Shown here piece after piece: positions 25,693-35,631 of a stretch of 64,000 nucleotides of DNA. The translations under genes were made by a program, and so were the position numbers. The DNA is from a virus (Duplodnaviria; Caudoviricetes). The notes beneath the pieces are model-generated. The model did not search any database. It was not told the origin of the DNA and saw nothing but the letters and a program-made list of their open reading frames with translations. Every line of letters begins with the position of its first letter. The stretch's first letter is position 1. The DNA lies in IMG/VR virus record IMGVR_UViG_3300025934_000015, positions 1-64,000 of that record. One strand, written 5' to 3'.

Positions 25693-25727
25693 AGTTCCAG
25701 CCTATCGCACCGCGGTGCGATTGTCAA
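25693..25727 (-). promoter_or_regulatory. Sigma70-type promoter whose spacer is a perfect 18-bp palindrome
   Basis: ATCGCACCGCGGTGCGAT lies between TTGACA and TAGGCT. Confidence 0.75.
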
Positions 25728-25736
25728 ACCGACGTT

Positions 25737-26531
25737 CTACAGTACGTGGTCCCACCGCACATGCCAGTAGCGCCCATCTTCCGTCAGTGACTGATAGGCA
25801 ATCACCAGCGTGCGACCAATCCACGCCGCTGGGTCAGCCGCAAACTTCCGCCGCCAGTCGGCGTTTAGTGTTTTGACGGTCACTTCGACGCCGCGGGCGT
25901 CGCGCGCCTTGACCTTGGCGTACGGACCGAGTTTGGCCGCTTCGTAGCCGGTAATGGTCACGGGTGCCGCCTTGGGCCGTTTGAACTTCACCCACTGCGG
26001 GGATCGTGCGCCTGCCTGATAGATGGCGCTCCAACGTTTCACCACCGCGCCTTCCTGTCCACTCTGGAACCACGATTGCAGCAGGGCGGCGTCGGGCGCG
26101 AACTGGTCGGCCACTGTGACCGCGCCGTCCGGATCGGTGTGCATGACGGCCAACACCAACAGCTCCCGGCGCTCGCGGAAGGGTTTCGCCTGGGCGCTAT
26201 GCGGTCCGACCATCAACATGTCGAATAGCACGCAGCGGACTAGATGCTGCTTGGACGCGTCCTTGACCGCGGTACACGGCATGCCGGGAATGTAGAACTC
26301 CCCATCGTAGTACCCCGGAGCCAATCGCGCCAATTGCATGGCAATCTGGACCGGAATGTCGGCGGCGTTGCCGTAGCGCGACCACGCGACGGCCGCGCCA
26401 CCCTCGGCCACCTGAATGTGCCGCCGCTGCCCATCGTATTTACGCTCCATGACAAACTTGTCATTGGTGTAATGCGCCAGGGAGTCGCCTTCTGGTAGTG
26501 CAGACGCGAGCATGGGCTTAATGAATGCCAT
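25737..26531 (-). CDS. ATP-dependent DNA ligase (minimal)
   Basis: ERKYDGQR (KxDG), YDGEF, LFDML, EGAVVK, WVKFK; promoter TTGACA-N17-TAGACT-N6-ATG. Confidence 0.9.
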   Translation of the reverse strand: MAFIKPMLASALPEGDSLAHYTNDKFVMERKYDGQRRHIQVAEGGAAVAWSRYGNAADIPVQIAMQLARLAPGYYDGEFYIPGMPCTAVKDASKQHLVRCVLFDMLMVGPHSAQAKPFRERRELLVLAVMHTDPDGAVTVADQFAPDAALLQSWFQSGQEGAVVKRWSAIYQAGARSPQWVKFKRPKAAPVTITGYEAAKLGPYAKVKARDARGVEVTVKTLNADWRRKFAADPAAWIGRTLVIAYQSLTEDGRYWHVRWDHVL

Positions 26532-26567
26532 ACCAGCAGTCTAGCAGAATGCCCCCGCGGTGTCAAA

Positions 26568-29500
26568 TCACCCGAGGTTAGACGGCCGGATGCTGGTTAA
26601 TGTCATGAATTGCTCCAACATCAGATCGAAGTGCGTGGCCGGACGCCGTTCGACTTCCACCGCGTTCAGCTTCGCGGCAGCCTCCGGGATTTCGGTCTCG
26701 TGGTTGAAGTAGACGGGGAAGAGCTGGCCATTGTCATTGGCCTTGAACAGGACGCGGATGAGTGTCATGTCCATGAGACGCGCCCGTGCGCCACATCTGA
26801 CAGTTGGCCCAGCCGGGACTTGGCGGCGTCGCACTCCCGCTCCAGGTACGTATAGACGTCCCGCTTGCTCCAGCCAGCGCGGCGCATGATCGCGACGAAT
26901 TCATCGAGCGTGAATTCCTCAGCGGTCCAGCGGTCCAGCAACGTCGTAATGACGTCCTCGGGTGAGCGCATGACTTATCGTCCTGGATAGACGTCGTCGG
27001 TCAGGATGGCAATCTCGATCCGTGTGAGGCCTTCGACAGCCGCAAATGTCGCTTCGGCGGCGGGTGTTAGGAGCCACCGCGCGGCATCCTTAATGGATGC
27101 GAAGTAGCGATCCACTTCATGCTCCATCGGTCGAATGGATCGCTCAGTGTCCGTGAAGTAGTGGATCACGACCGTGATGTCGCTACTTTTCTGCGGTGAA
27201 CTTGGCACAGCCGCCCTCCTGTTTGATGACGGCCGGTGTCACCGCAGTCCCGACGTTATTGGTGACGATGTAGAGCATCATGCCGTTGCCACGGTCACAC
27301 AGGGCCGTGACATCGTGCGAGGGATTGCCACTGATGAGGGTGTGCGCCTGTACTTGCAACCTCTCGCCCCACGGTTCTGGTGTGACCGGCAGTGGTGTGG
27401 CAATGATGACGTGGATGTTCAGGTAGGATTCGATCAATATGATGAGGATGGCCGCGAACACCATGCCGAGAATCTCGGGTCGTCTCATTTGCCCACCTTG
27501 GTCTGAAGCGTGGTGTCGGACCGGACCGTGCGCGCTCGCATCCGCTCGGCGCGCAGGGATTCCAGCAGGTCGAGGGCACGCTCGAAGATGGCATGTCGCT
27601 CGCCCAGTGGCGCGCAACAGTTTTGCCGGGTGATTAAGACCTGCTCAGCGGCATCGAGCTGATCACTGTCGTACTCATAGACGATGCCGACCATGTAGTG
27701 GTCCACGCGCGCCACCGCCTCGAAGGCGTCCGCCAGTTGATTGATGAGTATCTGAGACATACGCATCAGCCTAGCGTGGTGGATAGAGAACGTCAAGCGT
27801 TTTGTTGGCGTCACGCACGGATGGAAGATCATCGCCCGCGATGTCGCTGAACCGAGGCGCGCTGTAGCGCCAGATGGCCCGGTACGCGCCCCACTGGTCG
27901 TCGGTCAGGGCTCCACGATAATGGGCCTGCCGAACGTAGCCGAAATCGCGAGTGAGCGCCCACACCGGCACGTTAACCGCCATGGCGTTCGCCAGGAAAA
28001 CGAATACCGACCATGCCATTGGCCAGATGCCGTGCGATCAGCATGGCAAACTCTTCCATGCTGGAGCCGGTGGACACTTCAACGGCGGGTTTACCGGGGA
28101 CGATCCCGAGGTTGGGAAACGTGCGATCGGGTGTCGCCTCCGCACGGATGATAAAGAATCGCGCGGGCCACCGCTCTTCCAAGATCGTGACGTCCTGTCC
28201 GTCCTCGGATGTTTTCGGCAGGGTCACAATCTGCACGGGTTTGCCATGCTCGAAGGGTCCGACCGGATGGTAAAGATCGCCAAACACGGCACGATCGCGA
28301 TCGTCTGCGCCGTAGAGGCTTTCAAGCGCGGGAATCGGGAACTTACGCATGCTGGTCTTCGCGCAGTCGCTGCGCAATCTCCGCCGCAATCGCTTGCAGT
28401 TCTCGAGCTGACGTCGGCACGCCGCGCTGACCGAAGGCCGACGTACTGATGTAGAGGACCACCTCCGCGCCACGTGCGCCCATCTGCGCCGTGACCGGCA
28501 GCGTAATGGCCATCGACAACGGCGGCGCAATGCGGTGTTCGATGTCTGTTACGTGGCTATCGTCGATCGTGAACGTCATGGGACTCCTGTGGGACTTCAA
28601 TGATGTCAGCCGTGGTTAGCTTCCGTCCGCAGGACTTGCGCGGCGCGCGCCATCCCGCGGTCTGGTGCTTCCACCCATGGAACCACAGCCCGACGTTGCA
28701 GCCGCAGTGCCGACAGATCAATTTTGGATGGCGCGTACCACGAGGCATTACTCGCACTCCGTGGGCCATGTCCCGGCTTCAGGGCAAGGCCACGTGTTGC
28801 CACTGGTTTGGCAGGTGTCGCACCACTCCGTGTGGACGGTGCCGTCACACGTGACCACCCATTCGTGCTCGTGCGGCGTCTCGGTTAAGGTCTCCATGAT
28901 CAATTGCCTTTGTACAGCAGATAGGTTTTGAAGCCCATGCCGGTCCGTTCTGCCTCAGACTTCTCGCGCAGCGTGTAGTGGTCGCGCATGATGTATGCAC
29001 CACCCTGCTGTGGCAGTCCCTGCACGAGGGCCCAGTTGGAATCATCGTTGTAGCGCAATGAGTCAACCGAAATGTCCGTGGAGGTCGGTACCGGATCCAT
29101 GGTCCGGTAGTCGGAAAAGCGCTGCTCGATGACTTCAATGTCGCCATGCTTCCGCTTGACCGCCGCCAGGTACTTTTGAAGATCGGAGATGGTCATGATC
29201 ACTCCGGAATGGTCACATACACGACCTCGCCACCAGGGCGGTACGTGCGGTAGAGCGTTGCGCCCGTGACGGCACAGATCTTCGTGGCTGGCGTGTTCAG
29301 TGGATGGTAGTGGCTACAGCCACACCCGAACGACCGGCAGGGTTGTGCGCCGCTGGCGTGTCGGGTGTGTTCGGTCCACGGATGACCACAGGCACACCGC
29401 GGTGGATTAACTGCATACATACAGCACCTCAACGCCCGCAGCGGCAGCCCGCGCGACCGCTTTGGCCTTGGCCTCGCCGTACGATCCGCGCTCCCAGAGC

Positions 29501-31147
29501 ACGTGGTCGAGGTAGTCACGGCGGTTGGGATTGACAGTGCAGAATGCCCAGCTCCCATTGCCGGAGGGGCGGCGCGCGTGTTCGCGCTCAAATTCCCGGG
29601 TGACGACTTCGACGGACGATACCAGCATAGGCACGGACATTACCTCAGTTTAAAACCGCTGTCAAGATCGGGTCTGGCATCTGCTGTTGAGAATGGTCAC
29701 GCACCGTTTGCACTCGGGATTGTGGCCATAATCGGCATCGTAGTGCACGGGAATGCGGATGCCGCAGAGCGTGGTCTGCTCGTCGTTCAGCCGGTGCACG
29801 CGGGACCAGCGGCCACCCTGGTGCACCTGCCACATGATGACATCCGGCACGGCGTCCGGGTCCGGCGACTGGTCCATGAGTTCTTGCAGCGTGCTAGCCA
29901 CGTTTCACCACCTTGAAGCCGGTCGTCTGGCGCAGCATGTCCTTGATGAGCGGCCACTGCGCCTCCGGGATGAATTCGTCCGACAGCGTGACAAAGCGGC
30001 AGTTGCCTTCCGGCGCTTCCGCTTCGATCTTGACCTGGACCCCACCGTCCTTTTTGGTGCACGTCACCAGACGGCCACTATTCTTGGCGCGCGGTTCATA
30101 CGCGTTGACGGTAAACTCCGCCACGAAGGACGTGAACGTCGTGCTGTTGGTCATGTAGTGTTAGACGGATCACCGCGGTGAAAAGTTCCACCCGATCTTT
30201 CGCCTACGTTTCGCCACCGCCAGTCGATGCTTGAGCGGTCACGCCGTCGATCTCGTTCTGGCACTTCTGGCACCAGCCGTTGCAGTGACCACGCGCGCCA
30301 TTGAGCGGCATCCCGAGGCCCCAATAGAGCGCCATCTTTTTCAACATGGCCTCGTTGGTGATTTGCTTCGGTCGCGGGCCTTTGGAGAAGTCGTGGCGCA
30401 TCAGGTGTCCACCGCGGACGCACTGGAACGTGGCGACCGTACCCTCCAGCTTCACGCAGTGCTGTTTGCCATTGACCGCGCCTACAGGCACGGGGATTCG
30501 TCGGCCCTGCTTCGTTTTATACGCCATCAGGCGTCCCTCCCATGCTTGAACTTCCACAGCACGACCGCCAGGGCTGCCACGTCGCGGTCGCGGTGTGAGC
30601 CGCTATCCTTGTAGTGCACGAGGTTGCGCAGGGTGGTATCGGCCACGTCAATCGTGGCAGTCAACGCGCCGTCCGGAATATCGTTCACGCACTCGCGGAC
30701 AAACCGCTCGACATAATCACGCGTCATCAGCCTTCTCCTGTGCCTCCAGCGCGTCGTTGACATCCTCGATGTTGGCCGTGACAGGTACATTGTCGATACC
30801 CGTCCGGATCCAGTATGCCTTTTGGGCCGCTTCGGTCAGCATTTGTACCAGTTCGTCATCGACGTAGTAGTGATCCGCACTCACCACGATCGTGATCTTT
30901 TGAATCATGATTCCCCCAACGTCCGGAACGGGGGCAACTGGTCGAACGGGTCGGCCTCGCGTTCCATGGACTGCGCCAGCGCCTTGATCTCGCGCTTGGT
31001 CTGTTTGATCTCGCCCTGAAGTTCTCGGACCACGCGCATCCGGTCGCGGTAGCGGCGTTGCAGCGAGGCCAGCTTATTGGCCAGTCGAATCATGTCGGCG
31101 GGGAGGGCGGTCTGGGACCGCCCTCCACGTTTCACAGTTTTGGCCAT
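26568..31147 (-). other. Run of about 18 small co-oriented hypothetical ORFs (e.g. 26765-26971, 26975-27208, 28343-28600, 28900-29202, 29407-29640, 29662-29901, 29894-30154, 30717-30908, 30905-31147)
   Basis: Chained start/stop overlaps on the minus strand; several Cys/His motifs; no family recognised; individual starts uncertain. Confidence 0.6.
30152..30191 (-). promoter_or_regulatory. ECF-type promoter element copy 11 abutting the ATG of 29894-30154
   Basis: GGAACTTTTCACCGCGGTGATCCGTCTAACACTAC-ATG. Confidence 0.85.
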
Positions 31148-31150
31148 GGC

Positions 31151-31936
31151 CTACTCCACGTCGATCACGTCACCGTCGATCGTATCGTCGGCGTCGCCAT
31201 CGAGGTCCGTGTGGATCTGGAAGGCGCGCCCCAGTTCCAGGGACGCGCGGAACAGGCGCACGGGGCTGAGGTCACGCGCGGCGCGCGTCATGGCATTGTG
31301 GAGGCCCCACAGCGTGCGGGGCTGGCAGTCGGTCATCTCGTCGCTGGGCTTGAAGTAGTAGCGGCTGACGTCGGTGAACAGGTGCAGCGGCAGGACGCCC
31401 GCGTTGAACACGTCGAAGATCCGGTTCTTAGCGTCCATGTCGCTGATGGCGGTCAGCTCCAGGATCTCGATCTGGAGGTCCAGCACCTGCGCCTGCTCCA
31501 CGAATTTGTCGAAACCGACGCCGACGACTTCGGTGAGGTCGAGGCCGGAGGTGGACTTGCGGCGGAAGGCAATCATGTCGCCGCTCATGGTCATGTTGTC
31601 GCAGACAAACACGCGCGTGCCTGCCACACCACTGATGGCCATGAGCTGGTCCGTGGAGGACCGGAAGCCGAACGACAGGCCACGGCCGGTCTTGAGACTG
31701 GCGAAGTCGAGGACGCCGAACAGCGCGGCCTGATTGCGGGCCAGCGCGTACTGTTCGCGCGTGACCGTCATGCCGCGTTTGGCAATCTCGGCCAGTAAGG
31801 TGTCGATGAGGCGGGCGTGATGGACCGGCTTGTGACGACTGCCCAGGGCCATCGGCTCGGGGATCGTGCGGATCTGGTCGAGCGTGACCAGCTTGGACTG
31901 GAACTTCGGACTGTGGGCGCTCAGCGTGGAAGACAT
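31151..31936 (-). CDS. DUF932/DUF945-like protein
   Basis: HKPVHHARLID, GTRVFVCDNM, RTLWGLHNAMT; GAAAGGA RBS before ATG at 31936. Confidence 0.75.
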   Translation of the reverse strand: MSSTLSAHSPKFQSKLVTLDQIRTIPEPMALGSRHKPVHHARLIDTLLAEIAKRGMTVTREQYALARNQAALFGVLDFASLKTGRGLSFGFRSSTDQLMAISGVAGTRVFVCDNMTMSGDMIAFRRKSTSGLDLTEVVGVGFDKFVEQAQVLDLQIEILELTAISDMDAKNRIFDVFNAGVLPLHLFTDVSRYYFKPSDEMTDCQPRTLWGLHNAMTRAARDLSPVRLFRASLELGRAFQIHTDLDGDADDTIDGDVIDVE

Positions 31937-31975
31937 ACGTTCGTGTCCTTTCAAGAAACCGTGTTGACTGAAACT

Positions 31976-32004
31976 ATCCTAGCGCGGTTTTAAACTCCGG
32001 TCAA
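31976..32004 (-). promoter_or_regulatory. Sigma70-type promoter with AGTTTAAAAC spacer box
   Basis: TTGACC-N17-TAGGAT. Confidence 0.65.
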
Positions 32005-32048
32005 GGCTTATTTCACAAAAAGTTTTGGGCGGTCAGCCAGACCGACGG

Positions 32049-32264
32049 TTAATCGTCGTTCTCGGTCAGCCGTTTTCGGCACGTGTGGCAGCGGTAGCCG
32101 GTGCCGTCGTAGTCCGGGTGGTCGGCGTGGTAGCTGAAACAGTTACCGCGACCATCGGGCCCGTCCCCGACGGACCCGTACCGGCGATCGGCCGTGACCT
32201 CCGATGGAAAACAGCGGTTGCAAAAGTCCAGCGGGTCGTTGGCGCTCGTGTAGATGCGGGGCAT
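32049..32264 (-). CDS. Small Cys-rich (Zn-binding) protein
   Basis: FCNRCF...YRCHTC. Confidence 0.6.
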   Translation of the reverse strand: MPRIYTSANDPLDFCNRCFPSEVTADRRYGSVGDGPDGRGNCFSYHADHPDYDGTGYRCHTCRKRLTENDD

Positions 32265-32266
32265 GA

Positions 32267-32509
32267 TCACTCCGTGAAACACTGAAACGAACAATCGGGG
32301 AGCGCGCGGTGTTCGGGTGTGCGGAAGTCGGGACGGCCAAACGCGCCACACTGCCACCACCCTGCTAAGGCCAGATTCCGCCGGAGCGCGGTGCCACACT
32401 GCGGGCATTTGCCGGAGGCTACCACGCGTCCCGCTTCGGCCTTGGCGGCGATACGCTCCTGGGCGCTCTTCCGCAGATACGCGCGTGACAGTCGCTGTTG
32501 TTTGGTCAT
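32267..32509 (-). CDS. Small Zn-ribbon protein (MTKQQRLS...)
   Basis: GGAG RBS; CPQCG...WQCG...CSFQC. Confidence 0.65.
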   Translation of the reverse strand: MTKQQRLSRAYLRKSAQERIAAKAEAGRVVASGKCPQCGTALRRNLALAGWWQCGAFGRPDFRTPEHRALPDCSFQCFTE

Positions 32510-32520
32510 CGGTACTCCGG

Positions 32521-32557
32521 AAAAAGGTGGGCCCGCTGCAATCGCCCGGCGGGCCCG
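32521..32557 (-). terminator. Intrinsic terminator-like hairpin within a leader
   Basis: GGGCCCGC-N12-GCGGGCCC followed by ACCTTTTT. Confidence 0.55.
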
Positions 32558-32624
32558 GTCTCCACGTCCGCTGACCGCGCCATGCGGCCTCTTGGTTCCC
32601 GTCACGCTCGTAACGGTCTGTAGG

Positions 32625-32665
32625 GTTAGACGGATCACCGCGGTGAAATGTTCCCCCGCGGTGAT
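32625..32665 (-). promoter_or_regulatory. ECF-type promoter element copy 12, not followed by ATG
   Basis: GGAACATTTCACCGCGGTGATCCGTCTAAC. Confidence 0.8.
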
Positions 32666-32674
32666 CAAAAAGTG

Positions 32675-33205
32675 TTACGCCAGCGCGGCGCGCAGGGTCT
32701 TCATGCGACCCGCGTGCGTGCGCGCTTCCGCCGCCTTGTGCAGCGTGGCCGGGATCGACACCATACGGCGGAAGTCCTGCTCGGCCAGATAGTTCCCGGC
32801 AGCCTTCCGGGTCCGCAACACCGCCAGCGCGGCGCGCACGGCGTCCCTGGTGTCCATATACTCCTTGGCGGTGGCACGCGCCTTGCCCTCATCAACAAAT
32901 TTCACTTTCGGCACGCCACCCATATCGATCGTCACCAACACGGTCCGGCCGGTGCCGTGGTTGACGCCGCCGCAGGCGCACTCGCAGAGCGGCCCACGCG
33001 CGCCCGTGCAGCGGCCATCGCAGGCGCAGCGCTCCTCGACGCGGACCAGCCGGTCGCCTTCGACGCGGCCCATATTCTCAATAGTCCCGTCGCAGATGTC
33101 GCAGCGCCAGTCGGCGGACGGCACGGTCTCGACGGACGCCACCGTCAGGCAGAGCGTGCAGCGGATAAACCAGCGATTCACCGTCGGTCCGTTGTGTGAT
33201 GTCAT
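32675..33205 (-). CDS. Cys-rich hypothetical protein, leaderless sigma70 promoter
   Basis: CTLC, CDIC, CACDGRCTGARGPLCECACGGVNHG; TTGACA-N17-TAGTCT-N6-ATG. Confidence 0.8.
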   Translation of the reverse strand: MTSHNGPTVNRWFIRCTLCLTVASVETVPSADWRCDICDGTIENMGRVEGDRLVRVEERCACDGRCTGARGPLCECACGGVNHGTGRTVLVTIDMGGVPKVKFVDEGKARATAKEYMDTRDAVRAALAVLRTRKAAGNYLAEQDFRRMVSIPATLHKAAEARTHAGRMKTLRAALA

Positions 33206-33373
33206 GACGCTAGACTATCGCGGTTTTAAACTGGTGTCAATAGACACCGCGCTCGGTCACATGCCTATGGCGGAAGGACAGCGAAGCCGTGTCGGCTTGA
33301 CTTTGTGACGCAAAGTCGAGTGGGAAAAACGTTAGGAATGTGGCGGGTTTTTCCGTGCAGACCGTCTTCGGCC

Positions 33374-33401
33374 TTGACTTCTGGCGGACCGGGGGTATAG
33401 T
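33374..33401 (+). promoter_or_regulatory. Sigma70-type promoter of the rightward arm
   Basis: TTGACT-N16-TATAGT in the divergent intergenic region. Confidence 0.6.
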
Positions 33402-33531
33402 CGCGGTTTGGTCCGGACGGGCGGCCGCTCTTTACCGAAGGATTGATTAGACCCGATCTAACGGGTCCGGACCATTCACCTTCACATTTAACACGGGAGG
33501 TCTAAACCGTGCGCTCGCACTCAGACCACGC

Positions 33532-35631
33532 ATGAGTGGTCTCGACATCGTTCACGAATACGTCAATAGAGGGTGGCGATTCGTGACGTGGCCGCAAGTC
33601 GGGGACGACAAGGGCCCGAAAACTAAAGACTGGACGCAGCGGACATACGGGCTGCACGATTACCACGAGGGCCAACGTGTCGGTATCATGACCGGCACGC
33701 AGATCGCGCCTGGCTGCTATCTCCACGACGTTGATATCGACTGGACCGAAGGCGCCAACATCGCCCTGGCCTTTCTTCCGACCACCGACTTCGTCTTTGG
33801 TCGCGAGAGTAAACCGGTCTCGCACTGCTTCTACACGCTGCCCGAACCGATCCCTACGTTTAAATACGAGGATATTGATAAGACGTCGCTGATTGAAATC
33901 CGCGGGTCCAAGGCCAACGGCGAGATCGGTTTCCAGACCATGGTGCCGCCCTCCGAATGGACGAAGGCGGAGAGTGACGGTCACGGTACGGTCACGGTCC
34001 GTCGGGAACAACTCATCTTCCAAAAGAACGGCACGCCCGCCCACGTCAACACCACGACGGTCCTGCGTGAGAAGGTCTGCTACTCGGCTATTGGGATGAT
34101 TCTCGCCAAGCATTTGGGCGTCAATGGGTTTGGTCATGACCCGCGCATGGCCTGGGCCGGATTTCTGTTGCGTGCCGGAGTGTCGCCCGAAGATCTGATC
34201 ATTATGGGCGAGGCAATGTCCTGGTACTGCAATAACCGGGAAATCGACGACGTCCGGCGCGTGGTGGAGTCTACGGCGCAAGCGCTCCAGAACGCGGAGA
34301 AAAAGGTCAAAGGCGGACCGACCCTCGCACGCATCCTGGGCAGTAACGGGAAAGCGATTCTTGCGCAGATCAATAAGTGGTTAGGCCGCGACGTCGATTT
34401 CGTCCGCAACGCCGAAGGCCACATCCTCAAGGACCACCAGGAGAATATCCGTCGTGCACTGATCATGATGAACGTGGAACTCTCCTATGATGAGTTCTCC
34501 GAACGCGCGATGGTGGACCGCAAAGGCACGTTGGATGACGCCAAGTTCGATGACATTTGGCTGCGGATGGATGAAGAGTACAAACTTCGACCGACGTACG
34601 TTTTCTATGAAAAAGTGATTAAACGCATTTGTCGGGAAAACAGCTTTCATCCGGTCCGCGAGTACTTGAACACGCTGGAGTGGGATGGGATCAGTCGGCT
34701 AGATAGTTGGTTGATCGATCATGCGGGCGCGGAGGATACGCCGTACGTCCGCGCCGTGTCGTCCATTGTCCTCATCGCAGCCGTCCGTCGCATCCGGAAA
34801 CCGGGCTGCAAGTACGACGAAATGCTCATCCTCGAAGGTGAGCAGGGTCTGAACAAATCGTCCGCGCTCCGGGCGCTCTGCCCACGTCCGGAGTGGTTCT
34901 CTGATGACTTACCCCTCAATATCAGTAGCCAGCGCGTGATTGAGGGCACGCTGGGCAAGTGGATCATTGAAGCGGCGGATCTCGCCGGCAAACGCAAGGC
35001 GGAGATTGAACAGCTCAAGTCCACACTCTCGCGCGGCACCGATGGTCCGGCGCGCATGGCCTACGCGCATCAACCGGTAGAACGCGCACGACAATTCATC
35101 CTCATTGGCACCACGAACAGCGCGGCCTATCTGACCGATCCCACGGGCGCACGACGGTTCTGGCCGGTCGCCATCGGTCGATTTGATGTGGGCAAGTTGC
35201 TGACGGCGCGGGATCACATCTGGGCGGAAGCGGCAGCCCGGGAAGCGGCCAACGAATCGATCCGGTTAGCCGAGGAGTTGTGGCCAGACGCGGCGCAGCA
35301 ACAGGAAAAACGCCGGGAAATTGACCCGTGGGAAGCGTCGATCCGTGATGCCTTGTCCGCCATCATCCCCAATACCGACGGCAAGCGCAGAGTGGCGACC
35401 AACACCCTCTGGGAAGCGCTCGGCATTGAAAACTCCCGCCGGGACCGGCAAGGCGCGACCAGGGTGTCTGAGATCATGCAGCGGTTAGGGTTCCGTCGCA
35501 CCACCGTCCGTCTGGAAGGCGGCGTTGCGGTCGGCTACATCACCGACAATGAGGCCAAGTTGGAGAGCCTGACGCCGGAAGATGAGGAGACGGTGAAGCG
35601 GACCGCGAAGACCAAGGCTCCGGAGTTCTAA
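33532..35631 (+). CDS. Primase-polymerase / VapE(VirE)-type helicase fusion
   Basis: N-terminal KGP..KDW, VGIMTG, DVDID, SHCFY; C-terminal FHPVREYL, LEGEQGLNKS, GTTN, DPTGARRFWP. Confidence 0.88.
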   Translation: MSGLDIVHEYVNRGWRFVTWPQVGDDKGPKTKDWTQRTYGLHDYHEGQRVGIMTGTQIAPGCYLHDVDIDWTEGANIALAFLPTTDFVFGRESKPVSHCFYTLPEPIPTFKYEDIDKTSLIEIRGSKANGEIGFQTMVPPSEWTKAESDGHGTVTVRREQLIFQKNGTPAHVNTTTVLREKVCYSAIGMILAKHLGVNGFGHDPRMAWAGFLLRAGVSPEDLIIMGEAMSWYCNNREIDDVRRVVESTAQALQNAEKKVKGGPTLARILGSNGKAILAQINKWLGRDVDFVRNAEGHILKDHQENIRRALIMMNVELSYDEFSERAMVDRKGTLDDAKFDDIWLRMDEEYKLRPTYVFYEKVIKRICRENSFHPVREYLNTLEWDGISRLDSWLIDHAGAEDTPYVRAVSSIVLIAAVRRIRKPGCKYDEMLILEGEQGLNKSSALRALCPRPEWFSDDLPLNISSQRVIEGTLGKWIIEAADLAGKRKAEIEQLKSTLSRGTDGPARMAYAHQPVERARQFILIGTTNSAAYLTDPTGARRFWPVAIGRFDVGKLLTARDHIWAEAAAREAANESIRLAEELWPDAAQQQEKRREIDPWEASIRDALSAIIPNTDGKRRVATNTLWEALGIENSRRDRQGATRVSEIMQRLGFRRTTVRLEGGVAVGYITDNEAKLESLTPEDEETVKRTAKTKAPEF

